64,000 nt of DNA from Myxococcota bacterium (GCA_045599245.1 JAZRVP010000220.1:590-64589); one strand, 5' to 3'; shown: positions 37,449-47,709, counted from the first letter of the stretch. A program made the numbers and translations. The notes: generated from the letters alone by a model not told the origin.

Positions 37449-37585
37449 AGTTACTACATAGTTGGGGCTTTGCTCCGAAACTCGCCGGGGTCTCTCTCCC
37501 GGCTCTCATCAATCTCTGCCTAAAAATTGCGAAATACGCCCTATTCAATAGAGATATATGAATTAACCCTGGCTGAGCAGTAAAG
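37449..37585 (+). repeat. Copy D of the mosaic intergenic repeat (short form)
   Basis: GAGTTACTACATAG..GGGGCTTTGCTCC..CTCATCAATCTCTGCCTAAAAATTGCGAAATACGCCCTATTCAATAGAGATATATGAATTAACCCTGGCTGAGCAGTAAAG. It ends ~100 bp before the 37686 start. Confidence 0.75.
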
Positions 37586-37685
37586 TATTTGAGTAGAAAA
37601 AGGCAAGAATGGGTGGTAAAGAATTGGAGAAACATGTTAAAATTGATGTGCTGAAATTTTGACGCATCATGAGGAGGATAGAGCG

Positions 37686-38555
37686 ATGCCATCGAGTTTG
37701 AACGACTCATTTAATAATCTTTCAAGATCGAGCAGTGATGTAGCGAGAATCCGTCGAGGGGCGAAAGGGCGTCCGGGCGCGGAGAGTGCGAAGAATCTGT
37801 TGGGCAGTATTCTGGATGATACGACGGAAGCGGCGGAGACAGAGCGTGTAGTCCGCGAAGAGAACGCGAAGCGTGCGGAAGAGGAAGCGCAGCGCCAGAA
37901 AGAGATGGCGGAAGAAGATGCGCGACTTCAGGCGGAACGGGAAATTATTGCGGAGAAGCAGGCGCAGGAAGATTTGAAGCTTCATCAGGCGGAGATGCAG
38001 GCGCAGCTGCAGCGTGAAAAGGATATCGAAGCCGGGATAATCAATCTTGAGGAAGAGGCTCGTCAGAAGCGAGAAGAAGAAGAGCGTCAGAGAGCGAAAG
38101 AAGAGGCGATCAAGCGCAAGACGGAAGCGAAGCTGCAGGCGATTGAGTTCAAGAAGAACCAGGAAACGGAACTTGAAGCGTTGCGTCAGGAGCAGCTAGC
38201 GAAAGAGGCGCAGCCGAAGAAATCGAATATGCCGAAGATTATTGCGGCGGCGGCAGCAGTTGTCATAGCGGGCGTTGTGGGATTAGTTTTTGCGTTGAAT
38301 CAGGAAGTGATCGATCCGTATGCGATGGGTGACGAAAAGAGTTATGAGACGCAAAGCATATCGTTTGTGAATGAAGACAACGGGATGATGAGTATTGCGA
38401 GGAATCTGGTTGTTCAGGCGCCGCCACCCAAGCCTGTGGCGAAGAAGAGCGGAGGCGGGAAGAAGAAAGGCGGCGGTGCAGCGCCGGCGGCGCCGATGCC
38501 GAAGCCGAGTCTGACCGGTGGAAAAGGTGGACTTTTTGGCAAAGGTAAGCTGTAA
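37686..38555 (+). CDS. Coiled-coil (E/K/R/Q-rich) single-pass membrane protein, Gly/Lys-rich C-terminus
   Basis: ATG 37686 follows the strong SD GAGGAGGA. ~170 aa of charged heptad-like sequence, then TM IIAAAAAVVIAGVVGLVFAL, then a C-terminal KKSGGGKKKGGGAAPAAP tail. A hairpin terminator lies at 38585-38615. Confidence 0.6.
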   Translation: MPSSLNDSFNNLSRSSSDVARIRRGAKGRPGAESAKNLLGSILDDTTEAAETERVVREENAKRAEEEAQRQKEMAEEDARLQAEREIIAEKQAQEDLKLHQAEMQAQLQREKDIEAGIINLEEEARQKREEEERQRAKEEAIKRKTEAKLQAIEFKKNQETELEALRQEQLAKEAQPKKSNMPKIIAAAAAVVIAGVVGLVFALNQEVIDPYAMGDEKSYETQSISFVNEDNGMMSIARNLVVQAPPPKPVAKKSGGGKKKGGGAAPAAPMPKPSLTGGKGGLFGKGKL

Positions 38556-38627
38556 TATCAGTGCCGAGTTAGAATATTCAACGAATGCCCTCGAAGTCAG
38601 AGGGCATTTGTCTGTTAGGAAAAGAAG

Positions 38628-40790
38628 ATGAAGAAAAGGTTTTCGGCAATCGTCTTGTCGTTGATGTTGAGTGCGATGGGAGTATCGCAGATTGGGTGTG
38701 TTGAAGCGGATGAACTTCCGACGGAACCGAATCAGCCGGGTATTGTTTTGACGACGAATGTACAGGACTGGCGCGATGAAGTGATATACCAGCTGATCGT
38801 TGATCGATTTAACAACGGCGATATCAACAATGACTATAACGTCGATACGCGGTCGATGGCGCGTTATCACGGAGGTGACTGGCAGGGGATTATCGACAAA
38901 CTCGATTATCTTCAGGACTTGGGGGTGACGACGTTGTGGATTTCGCCGCCGGTCAAGAACGTCGAAGAAGATGCGGGATTTGCATCGTATCACGGTTACT
39001 GGACGGTGGATTTCATCAAGCATAATCCGCACTTTGGAGATTTGGCGACGTTGCGGCGTCTGTCGGATGAACTGCATAAACGCGGGATGAAACTGATTCT
39101 CGATATTGTGACGAATCACGTTGGTCAGGTGTTTTTCTATGACATCAACATGAACGGGAGTGTCGAGGACTGGCTTGCCGGACGCGGGGATATTGATCGA
39201 GGATCGAATCGTACGGAGGCAGGAGAACTGAGCCGGGTGACGGAATACGATCCGGATTTTGATGCCCACGGAATAGATGCGTACACGAGCATGGGTATAT
39301 CGGGACAGGCACCGGCGGTATTTTTTGATATGCCGAATATCAACCGTATGGCGCCGGGGCCGAAGAATCTCGATTTGGATGGCGATGGCAAGATCACGAC
39401 GCCGGTGGAGAAGATGGGATTTTCGAATCCGAATTGGTACCATCAGCGCGGACGAACGTATTTTTATGGGAATGCGGCGCAGTCGTGTACTGAATTTTCG
39501 ACGGATAGGGATAAGGTCAAAAATGGGTGTACGAACTACGGGTCTGGGACGCCGACGTGCGGTGTGACGCATCAGTTGACGAATTATGACGGCACATCGG
39601 GCGGTTATCTCGATGGGACGGCGCGTATGTATTGTCAGAATGATCAGACGTTGCTGGGCGATTTCCCGGGCGGTCTGAAAGACGTGGCGACCGAGCGCGA
39701 GGATGTCCGCAAGGCGATGATCGAGGTGTTTTCGTACTGGATCGATGTGACGGACTGCGATGGTTTCCGCATTGATACATTAAAACATGTGGAATACTCG
39801 TTCTGGGAAGTCTTTGCTGCAGGTATCCGTGAACATGCCGCGAAACGAGGGAAAAAGAATTTCCTGATGTTTGGAGAGGCGTTTGACGGAAGCGATATTT
39901 TGCTCAAGAGCTATGTCGAGGATCCGAATTCTGTGGATTCAGTATTTTTGTTCTCACAGAAGTACGCGATTGATCAGTCGATCAAGTGTCCGCCGGGCAA
40001 TAGTGCGCCGTACTGCAAGAGCATGGACAATTCAGAGAACGGGACGAGTCCGTTGTATGGCTGGGATTACACGTGGTCAACGGGAGGCCGTCATGCACTC
40101 TTTAGCAATGAACCGAGGATAAACGGTGTGACGGACAGCCAGGGCAAGGGGGTTGCACCGCGCGATCTTCTCGTGAACTTCCTGGACAATCACGACGTGG
40201 GTCGATACCTGTTCGATCGAAGCGATGCGAAGGGGGTTGATTCATTAAAGAATGCGTTGTCATTCCTGATTTTACAGCGTGGTATACCGTGTATTTATTA
40301 CGGTACGGAACAGGGATATATGGGCGGGAACGATCCCGGCAACCGTGAGGATATGTGGGATCGAACGGCATCGTATTTTGTGAAAAATCCCGGTGTATAT
40401 GACAACTATGAAGCCTGGGATACGGGCAATCCGTTATATACCCATATCAAGAATCTGCTTCGCGTGAGGAAAGCGGTACCGGCACTTCGCCGAGGTGCGG
40501 TGAATGATGCGGTATGGCATTCAGGTGAGACGTCGGGGACAGAAGCTGGTATCTATGCGTTTTCGCGGACGTATGAAAACAGTTCTGCACTTATCGTTGT
40601 GAATACGCACGAGAGTCAGACGAGCAGCGGAAACGGGATGCAGGTTCCGTGGAGCAGTTCAACGCTGGTTGATTTGCTCGATCCGACGTACACAGCAACG
40701 GTTTCGGGTGGTCAGGTGAGTTTCAGTGTACCGCCGATGACGACGAGAATTCTCGTTCCGCAGGAAGACAAGGCGTCATACGGATTGTAA
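38628..40790 (+). CDS. GH13 alpha-amylase-family lipoprotein
   Basis: Lipoprotein signal MKKRFSAIVLSLMLSAMGVSQIGC. GH13 conserved regions DIVTNHV, GFRIDTLKHV, GEAFDG and FLDNHDVGR, with the catalytic Asp/Glu/Asp in the expected motifs. Confidence 0.85.
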   Translation: MKKRFSAIVLSLMLSAMGVSQIGCVEADELPTEPNQPGIVLTTNVQDWRDEVIYQLIVDRFNNGDINNDYNVDTRSMARYHGGDWQGIIDKLDYLQDLGVTTLWISPPVKNVEEDAGFASYHGYWTVDFIKHNPHFGDLATLRRLSDELHKRGMKLILDIVTNHVGQVFFYDINMNGSVEDWLAGRGDIDRGSNRTEAGELSRVTEYDPDFDAHGIDAYTSMGISGQAPAVFFDMPNINRMAPGPKNLDLDGDGKITTPVEKMGFSNPNWYHQRGRTYFYGNAAQSCTEFSTDRDKVKNGCTNYGSGTPTCGVTHQLTNYDGTSGGYLDGTARMYCQNDQTLLGDFPGGLKDVATEREDVRKAMIEVFSYWIDVTDCDGFRIDTLKHVEYSFWEVFAAGIREHAAKRGKKNFLMFGEAFDGSDILLKSYVEDPNSVDSVFLFSQKYAIDQSIKCPPGNSAPYCKSMDNSENGTSPLYGWDYTWSTGGRHALFSNEPRINGVTDSQGKGVAPRDLLVNFLDNHDVGRYLFDRSDAKGVDSLKNALSFLILQRGIPCIYYGTEQGYMGGNDPGNREDMWDRTASYFVKNPGVYDNYEAWDTGNPLYTHIKNLLRVRKAVPALRRGAVNDAVWHSGETSGTEAGIYAFSRTYENSSALIVVNTHESQTSSGNGMQVPWSSSTLVDLLDPTYTATVSGGQVSFSVPPMTTRILVPQEDKASYGL

Positions 40791-40850
40791 TAATTTATAA
40801 ATATATTTATGAGGAAATGGCTATGCGTTTTGCGCATACGCCATGGATGG

Positions 40851-40888
40851 AGCCGGGCTATGCAGAGCATACGCCCGGCTTTTTTTTT
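40851..40888 (+). terminator. Rho-independent terminator (preceded by a GCATACGC-type hairpin)
   Basis: GCCGGGC...GCCCGGC stem followed by T9. An upstream hairpin GGCTATGCG-TTTT-GCGCATACGCC lies at 40819-40842. Confidence 0.75.
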
Positions 40889-40972
40889 GGTGATTTGGAA
40901 TAAAATCGCTAAAATGAAAGGGGCTGGGCTTGAGTTGTCCGGCCTTTTGAACAGCTAAAAAAGGATGATGAA

Positions 40973-43900
40973 ATGAGAAACGGGAAAGTAGCCATTATTT
41001 GTGTGATATCATCACTTTTTGCAATGCAGTGTACGTTGGAATATCACGATTTGGGGATTGATTGTGAAGGCGTTCAGAGCATTCAGCTTTCGAGTGGCGG
41101 TGTTTGTTTGCCGGATGTATGTACGGGCTGTTCAAAAGATGACGAACAAAGCTGCAGTTCCTATAAAACAGAGGGAGCGTTTGCCCAAAATCGTTGTCCG
41201 CATGATTTTATGTGTACGACACTCGCGAATGGTAATGGTGCAAACTTCTGTATGCATAAGACAAAAGAGAGAGCATGTGGTGTTGATTTGCCCTATTTGT
41301 GCGGTGATTCGAAGAAATGTGCTTCAAGTTGTTCAAAATGTGAGGATAACGAAGAGTGCTATCTCATTATTAATATAGGGAATGACAAGAAGTCAGGTGC
41401 GAAAGAAGGGGCAGAGCAGGAGTGCAATATTGGTCAGCGCGAATGCAGTGAAGCCGGGAAGCTTCGTTTGTGCACCGCAGGTTCCTGGGAGACGATTGAT
41501 TGCGAGTCGGGGTGCAGTGATGGGAAATGTTTAGATGTGAGTGAGAGTGAATGTGAAGACGGTAAGCGCCGTTGTGAAGGGGATAAAGAGACACAGGCGT
41601 GTCAGGATGGGGAATGGAAGACGACGGGAACATGTCAGCGCGGATGTCTGGATGGGGAATGTACAGAAGAAAGCGACCCGGGTAAAAGTGGAGACGAGAA
41701 AGACGATGGGGGCGAAGACGATGGGGGCGATGAGAAAGGGGATGGCGGTGACAGTGGCGAAAAAGGTGAGACGGGATGCGGTGAAGGGGATGTTGGGTGC
41801 AATGGAGAAACTGTTGTAGAAATATGTCAATCTAAAGAATGGAAGAAGTTGAGTGAATGTGGTGAAAATCAAATATGCAGTGAAGGAGAATGTGTATTAC
41901 GAGAGGAAGTTGAGGACGGGAAATGTGAGAATAAGTTGAGGAGATGTCAGAATGATGTACCCCAGGAATGTGTAGAGGAAACGTGGGTAAGTGAAACGAA
42001 GTGCATGTATGGATGTGAAGATGGGTTTTGCAACGAGGAATGGATAGGCAAGGCGTGTGAAGAGAGCAGCTATCAGCAGACATGTATTAATGGAGGCATT
42101 CATGCGTTGGTGTGTGAGAATGGCGTGATTCGGAAACACCGATGTGCAGATGGGAATTGTTCTGTCAATCCGTCGAATCCACTTGAAATGATATGTCAGG
42201 AAGGATGTACGGCGGATTCCAAAGGGGAATGTGCTCCGGCATGTAATGCGGATGGGACGAAAGGGTATTATTGGAATCATACCAAATCGCCTGCATCGTT
42301 TGATTGTCCGAATGCGGATTGCAGAGTTGTGGATGGATTTGTGAGCTGTGGCCAGGAAAGCTGCAGTGCCAAGAGTAAGAATCGATGTATTCCGGCGTGT
42401 AGTGCGGATAAGAAAACGGGCTACTACATGAACGGTTCAAATAATATCAAGGCGAAGTCATGTCCCAATGGCGATTGTGTGTCGTACAAGGGGAATATTT
42501 ATTGCGGTATGCCGGAGGCGTGCACACGAGAGACGTACGAGCCGGAATGTACAGAAGATGGTACCGGGACGTATTGTTCAGCCGATGAAATTGTGAAGAC
42601 GTGGGGTTGCGGTGGTGGAGAAAAATGCCAGCTTCGGTTTGATGGAAGCTGTGATTTGTCGAGCCGATGTATTGATGGAAAGTACAATGTATCGGAATAT
42701 CCGAAAGGATTTATCGATTGTGTGAAAAATGATGAGTCGAAGGTTCCGGAGACTTGTAATCCGGAGCAAGACAAAGCGATGTGTGAGAATGGTCATGTGT
42801 ATGTATGTGGACAAAATGGTCGATATTATTTGAAAGAAACATGCAGTGCAAATCAGCGGTGTGAAGAAGGCCAATGCATCTATGAGAGCGTCCCGGAAAG
42901 CTGTAAATACGGCGAATCGGAGGCGATATGTGCAGGAGAGAGCAAGAACGAGCTTTATGTATGCGGGAATGACAATAAATATTACAAGAAGGTCGTTTGT
43001 CCGGATAGTCAGCCATGCAGAGTGAATAAAGGGTGGGGGCAGTGCATTGATGAATCGATACCGAAGGCGTGTGTGAAAGGAGATCCGGCCAAATGTGTGG
43101 GTTTGGATTTATATGTATGTTCGAAAGATGGATATTATTATTTAAAAGAAACGTGCAGTGAAACGAATCCATGTTTTGAGTCGAACGGATATGGCGGGTG
43201 TGAAGGGGCAGTTCTTCCCAATGGAGCGTTGTCGGATTGTGTATATGAAGGTGAGGGGGCGTCACCGGCGTTGTGTCTTGGTGAAGATAATTTGGACTTA
43301 TATGTTTGTGGTCAGAGCAATCGATATTATAAGAAAGAGCGATGTCCTGAGGGGACGGTGTGTCGTGTGAGCAATGGGTTTGGTCAATGTATTCCGCCGG
43401 AAGTTCCGGAAAGCTGTAAATATGGCAATTCGAATGTTATTTGTGCGGGGAATGCTATCTATGAATGCGGCAGGAATAATTGGTATTTGAAACATGAAGT
43501 ATGTGATGAGGGTGAAACATGTACCATTCATTCAACGGGAAAATCGGCCAGTTGTTTGAAAGCCGGAGTTCCGGGAGAATGCACAAATAGTGTTCATGCG
43601 ATATGTCAGGGACAGGATGTGTATGTTTGCGGGAAAAATGGCTGGTATTATTTGAACAAAACCTGTGCAGAGGGGGCAACGTGCAGTATTTCGGCATCAG
43701 GATTTGGTGACTGTCGTCTGTTTCCGTCTGATGTCAGTGGAACGTGCAGTATAGCCAAGTGTTCAACTGTTGATAAGAATGCGTATTTTTGTGATACCGA
43801 ATCGCATACCTATTATTTTGATATAGCTCATGGCACATGCAGTGAGGACAAACCGTGCAAGGTTTGCGGGAACGGGTATGCGGGCTGTGGCATCACGTGT

Positions 43901-44287
43901 AAAGATGAATTTCCGTCGGATATCAGTGGAACGTGCAGTATAGCCAAGTGTTCGACTGTTGATAAGAATGCGTATTTTTGTGATGAAAAGACGCACACCT
44001 ATTATTTTGATGCGTCTCATGGCGCATGCAGTGCGGACAAGCCGTGTAAAGTTTGTTCAAATGGCTATGCGGGCTGTGGCATCACGTGTAACGGAGAATT
44101 ACCGTCGGATATCAGTGGTACATGCAGTGTCGCCAAATGTTCAAATGTCGACCATAATGCGTATTTTTGTGATACCGAATTGCATACCTATTATTTTGAC
44201 AAAGCCCATGGCACATGCAGTGCGGACAAGCCGTGTAAGGTTTGTTCAAATGGCTATGCGGGATGTGGTATAACTTGTAAAGAATAA
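40973..44287 (+). CDS. Large Cys-rich repeat lipoprotein (paralogue family)
   Basis: Lipoprotein signal MRNGKVAIICVISSLFAMQC. The N-terminal ~130 aa are homologous to the N-terminus of the 47710 gene. Multiple ~36-aa modules (CNIGQRECSEAGKLRLCTAGSWETIDCESGCSDGKC). ~45-aa modules of type C..G...C.G...YVCG.NG.YYLKETC......C. Three near-identical 63-aa C-terminal repeats. Acidic Gly-rich linker DDGGEDDGGDEKGDGGDSG. Confidence 0.8.
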   Translation: MRNGKVAIICVISSLFAMQCTLEYHDLGIDCEGVQSIQLSSGGVCLPDVCTGCSKDDEQSCSSYKTEGAFAQNRCPHDFMCTTLANGNGANFCMHKTKERACGVDLPYLCGDSKKCASSCSKCEDNEECYLIINIGNDKKSGAKEGAEQECNIGQRECSEAGKLRLCTAGSWETIDCESGCSDGKCLDVSESECEDGKRRCEGDKETQACQDGEWKTTGTCQRGCLDGECTEESDPGKSGDEKDDGGEDDGGDEKGDGGDSGEKGETGCGEGDVGCNGETVVEICQSKEWKKLSECGENQICSEGECVLREEVEDGKCENKLRRCQNDVPQECVEETWVSETKCMYGCEDGFCNEEWIGKACEESSYQQTCINGGIHALVCENGVIRKHRCADGNCSVNPSNPLEMICQEGCTADSKGECAPACNADGTKGYYWNHTKSPASFDCPNADCRVVDGFVSCGQESCSAKSKNRCIPACSADKKTGYYMNGSNNIKAKSCPNGDCVSYKGNIYCGMPEACTRETYEPECTEDGTGTYCSADEIVKTWGCGGGEKCQLRFDGSCDLSSRCIDGKYNVSEYPKGFIDCVKNDESKVPETCNPEQDKAMCENGHVYVCGQNGRYYLKETCSANQRCEEGQCIYESVPESCKYGESEAICAGESKNELYVCGNDNKYYKKVVCPDSQPCRVNKGWGQCIDESIPKACVKGDPAKCVGLDLYVCSKDGYYYLKETCSETNPCFESNGYGGCEGAVLPNGALSDCVYEGEGASPALCLGEDNLDLYVCGQSNRYYKKERCPEGTVCRVSNGFGQCIPPEVPESCKYGNSNVICAGNAIYECGRNNWYLKHEVCDEGETCTIHSTGKSASCLKAGVPGECTNSVHAICQGQDVYVCGKNGWYYLNKTCAEGATCSISASGFGDCRLFPSDVSGTCSIAKCSTVDKNAYFCDTESHTYYFDIAHGTCSEDKPCKVCGNGYAGCGITCKDEFPSDISGTCSIAKCSTVDKNAYFCDEKTHTYYFDASHGACSADKPCKVCSNGYAGCGITCNGELPSDISGTCSVAKCSNVDHNAYFCDTELHTYYFDKAHGTCSADKPCKVCSNGYAGCGITCKE
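43721..44284 (+). repeat. Three tandem 189-bp near-identical repeats inside the 40973 gene
   Basis: Units at 43721-43909, 43910-44098 and 44099-44284. Each encodes FPSDISGTCSIAKCSTVDKNAYFCDTESHTYYFDIAHGTCSEDKPCKVCGNGYAGCGITCKDE, with >90% nt identity. Confidence 0.85.
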
Positions 44288-44316
44288 TGAAAGAACGCAG
44301 ACAAGGGATAAATATA

Positions 44317-47300
44317 ATGAGAAATAAACGCATTTCGATTTTGTTGTGTGGAATTGTTGCGGTGGGTATGACTTTAGGTTGTGCCAGTGATGTGAAGAAA
44401 TCCTGCAAATGGGATGTGTGCAGGGATTCGCAGACTTTATTGAAATGTGATGTATCGACGGGAGTTCAGACTGAGGAGGCCTGTAAAAATGGCTGTGACG
44501 GAGGAAAGTGTTTGCCGTCCGATTTGGAAAAATGTCAGTCAGATGAATGTAAAGATGTGAATACATTACTTAAATGTAATATAGTGACAGGGATTCGGAC
44601 TGAAGAAGTGTGTACAAATGGCTGTGATGGCGGAAAATGTAAAGAAAGTGTGAATGAAAAATGTACATCAGATGTATGTGAAAATGAAAAGGTGCTGCTT
44701 AAATGTGATATTTTGACGGGTATGCAGGTAGAAGAAACGTGTGAGAATGGGTGTGAAACCAGCCGATGCAAGCCGGCGGAAAAGGAAAAATGTACAGTAG
44801 ATGTATGTAAAAATGTCAGTACATTATTAAAGTGTAATGTCGATACGGGCGTTCAGACGGAAGAGGCGTGCAAGTATGGCTGTGATGGCGGAAAATGTAA
44901 ATCGAGTGAGAGCGATAAATGTACATTGGATGTGTGTAAAGACGATCGTTCATTGTTGAAGTGTAATATTGAGACAGGCGTTCAGACGGAAGAGGCGTGC
45001 AGGTACGGATGTGAAAATGGACGATGCAAATCGGCTGAAAAAGAAAAGTGTAAAACAGATGTTTGTAAAGATGTTAATACGTTACAAAAGTGTGATGTAG
45101 AAACGGGAGTGCAAACGGAAGAAATGTGTCAATATGGGTGTGATGGGGGCAAATGCAAGGATAAGCCAAAAGATGAGAAACATGAGGTGATGGATATTGC
45201 ACCATCCTTGAGCGGAAAGACCGGGGATGCACTTTATGATTATTTAGGCGCCACCCTCATCGACGAAGGTGTTGTTTTTGCCGTTTATGCCAAACATGCC
45301 ACTCGCCTTGAATTGTTGATATTTGATGATCCCGAAAGTGATCCGATAGAACGAATACCGATGAAAAAGGATGAAAATAGCGGGATATGGACAGTTTATA
45401 TCAAGGGTGCAAGTGTTGGATTGATGTATGGATACATTGCCTTTGGTCCAAACTGGCCATTTGATAAAGACTACAAACCGGGGACATTGAAAGGCTATAT
45501 TTCGGACTGTGATGCCGAAGGAAATCGATATAATCCCAACAAATTGCTGATAGATCCTTATGCGCGCCGCCTTCATGGAGAGTTTAAGTTTGAACTGGGA
45601 AGTCCATTGAGCGGGAGCGGCCGTGAGGAATGTGACTGGAAAGCGGCGCCGAAATCGGTGGTGACAAAAAGTGAATATGTTTGGAGTAAATCCGAGACAA
45701 CATGGCGAGAAAACCGGAAGAAAGGTGACGGATTTTCGGGTCATGGCGCGAACAGCATGATTTTGTATGAAGTTCATCCCAAAGGTTTTACACAGAATGC
45801 GAATGACCTGGATGCATCATTGAGAGGAACGTGGCAGGGGATAGGCGAAAAGGCACAGTATCTGGCGGAACTTGGTGTTACAGCGGTTGAATTGTTGCCT
45901 GTGGCAGAGAAAAACGTGGATGGAACCTACTGGGGATATGATTCGATCGCGTATTTTGCCCCTGAAATGTCATATTCAATGAAAGATAATCAGAAAAAGG
46001 ACAGCGGTGTCATCGACGAATTTAAGGGAATGGTTGATAAACTGCATCAGGCAGGGATCGAAGTCATTCTCGATGTTGTGTATGGCCAGACGGGGGAAGG
46101 GGGATTTTGGCCCGATAAACTGCTTGGGAGCAATTATTCGTATCCAGCCATTGAGGGGGCATCGGACTACAGTGCATTGGCGCACTATTCCTTCCGTGGG
46201 CTGGACAATAAATCGTATTATCATCTGGTCAAAGGAGAACAGCAGGGAAGTGAGAATCGGTATTATCTGAACGAGACAGGGGTTGGCGTCCAGACGAGAG
46301 CCAATGCGATGCCGTTTCGACGGTTGATCATGGACAATCTTCATTATTGGTCTGAAGAAATGCATGTCGATGGCTTCAGGATTGATCTTGCCTCGGTATT
46401 GGGAGTGTTGGATGAACAGATTGATCAGAATGGAGACACGAAGAATTTTGATAATGGATACTGGATGTCGAATGTCGGCAAGACGGTGCTTCAGGATATG
46501 ATTGATGATAAGCGATTATCGGCTTATCATACGAGGATTATTGCGGAACCGTGGTCTGGGTCGCATTATGTCATCGGTGGATTTCCGAAGTCGAGTGATG
46601 GCAAGTCAGGCTGGTATGAATGGAATGGGCGGTTTCGCGACAGCGTGAAGGCATTTGTGAATGATGATGGATATACATTGTCGAAAACAGAGGCGGTACC
46701 TCCGAGTTGGAACGAGATGTATAATCTGGGCAATGCATTTTCGGGATCGTCGGTGTTGTTTGGAGATGATGGACGTAAGCCGTATCATTCGATAAATTAT
46801 ATTACATCACACGATGGATTTACGATGTATGACTTGATGTCATATTGGAATAAGCAGAATCATTGCAGCAAGCTCAATTCGTATTGTTGTGAACATTCGA
46901 GCCAGTTATTTTGCAGTTTAGACAGCGGATCAAATGATAATCGTTCGAGGAACTGGTGTCAGAAGGACTGTAATGATGATGGATGTAATGAGAATGTCGA
47001 TACCGATGGCAGATGTAAAGATAATGATCATGAGGCATTAAAGCGTCAGATGATAAGGAATGCGATGGCCGTGATGATGTTGAGTCAGGGGACGCCGATG
47101 TTGTTGGGCGGAGATGAATATATGAGGACGCAGTATGGCAATAATGATGCGTTTTCGAATGCTTCGGACAATGAATGGAACTGGTTTAGATGGGAAGATT
47201 GGGGCAAGAGTGCGGAACAAGTGCGAATGCATGATTATGTGAGGGATTTGATAAAGATAAGGAAACAATATCAGATGTATTTGGCGCCGACAGATTATAA

Positions 47301-47595
47301 TTCGCCGATACAGTGGTGGTTTCCGAAGGATGTTTCGGATAATAGCGGTTGGGAAGGGAAAGCTGTTGGTATGTATTATCCCGGAACAAATAATGCCAAA
47401 AACTTGTATATTTTGTTTAACATGGAGAGTGTTGACAAAACGTTTGCAGTACCTGAAGGGGAATATGAAGTATTGTTAGATACACAGTCATATTTTGAAC
47501 AGGAAAACGGCAGGAACACGTGGTTTGACGGAAGTCGCAAGACCAGTCAGGAATATACGGTTAAATCTCATTCGATTGTTGTCATGTCAAAATAA
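44317..47595 (+). CDS. GlgX/isoamylase-type GH13 debranching enzyme fused to eight N-terminal Cys-rich modules
   Basis: Start ATG 44317 (MRNKRISILLCGIVAVGMTLGCAS lipoprotein signal). Eight ~36-aa repeats CKWDVCRDSQTLLKCDVSTGVQTEEACKNGCDGGKC. Then GlgX-type motifs: VFAVYAKHATRLELLIF (N-domain), KLLIDPYARRLHG, GIEVILDVVY, MHVDGFRIDLASVLG, AEPW, YITSHDGFTMYD, GGDEYMRTQ. A Cys/Asp-rich insertion sits between the last two regions. A hairpin terminator lies at 47596-47650. Confidence 0.85.
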   Translation: MRNKRISILLCGIVAVGMTLGCASDVKKSCKWDVCRDSQTLLKCDVSTGVQTEEACKNGCDGGKCLPSDLEKCQSDECKDVNTLLKCNIVTGIRTEEVCTNGCDGGKCKESVNEKCTSDVCENEKVLLKCDILTGMQVEETCENGCETSRCKPAEKEKCTVDVCKNVSTLLKCNVDTGVQTEEACKYGCDGGKCKSSESDKCTLDVCKDDRSLLKCNIETGVQTEEACRYGCENGRCKSAEKEKCKTDVCKDVNTLQKCDVETGVQTEEMCQYGCDGGKCKDKPKDEKHEVMDIAPSLSGKTGDALYDYLGATLIDEGVVFAVYAKHATRLELLIFDDPESDPIERIPMKKDENSGIWTVYIKGASVGLMYGYIAFGPNWPFDKDYKPGTLKGYISDCDAEGNRYNPNKLLIDPYARRLHGEFKFELGSPLSGSGREECDWKAAPKSVVTKSEYVWSKSETTWRENRKKGDGFSGHGANSMILYEVHPKGFTQNANDLDASLRGTWQGIGEKAQYLAELGVTAVELLPVAEKNVDGTYWGYDSIAYFAPEMSYSMKDNQKKDSGVIDEFKGMVDKLHQAGIEVILDVVYGQTGEGGFWPDKLLGSNYSYPAIEGASDYSALAHYSFRGLDNKSYYHLVKGEQQGSENRYYLNETGVGVQTRANAMPFRRLIMDNLHYWSEEMHVDGFRIDLASVLGVLDEQIDQNGDTKNFDNGYWMSNVGKTVLQDMIDDKRLSAYHTRIIAEPWSGSHYVIGGFPKSSDGKSGWYEWNGRFRDSVKAFVNDDGYTLSKTEAVPPSWNEMYNLGNAFSGSSVLFGDDGRKPYHSINYITSHDGFTMYDLMSYWNKQNHCSKLNSYCCEHSSQLFCSLDSGSNDNRSRNWCQKDCNDDGCNENVDTDGRCKDNDHEALKRQMIRNAMAVMMLSQGTPMLLGGDEYMRTQYGNNDAFSNASDNEWNWFRWEDWGKSAEQVRMHDYVRDLIKIRKQYQMYLAPTDYNSPIQWWFPKDVSDNSGWEGKAVGMYYPGTNNAKNLYILFNMESVDKTFAVPEGEYEVLLDTQSYFEQENGRNTWFDGSRKTSQEYTVKSHSIVVMSK

Positions 47596-47709
47596 AAGTG
47601 CCGGTATTACTTGCGAATGCAAGTTATTTGGTACGGCACTGTGTCTTGAAGTGCCAATATAATAAAATTCATCACAATGGCTGTTTAACAAAACGAGGCA
47701 AAGGCGGAA

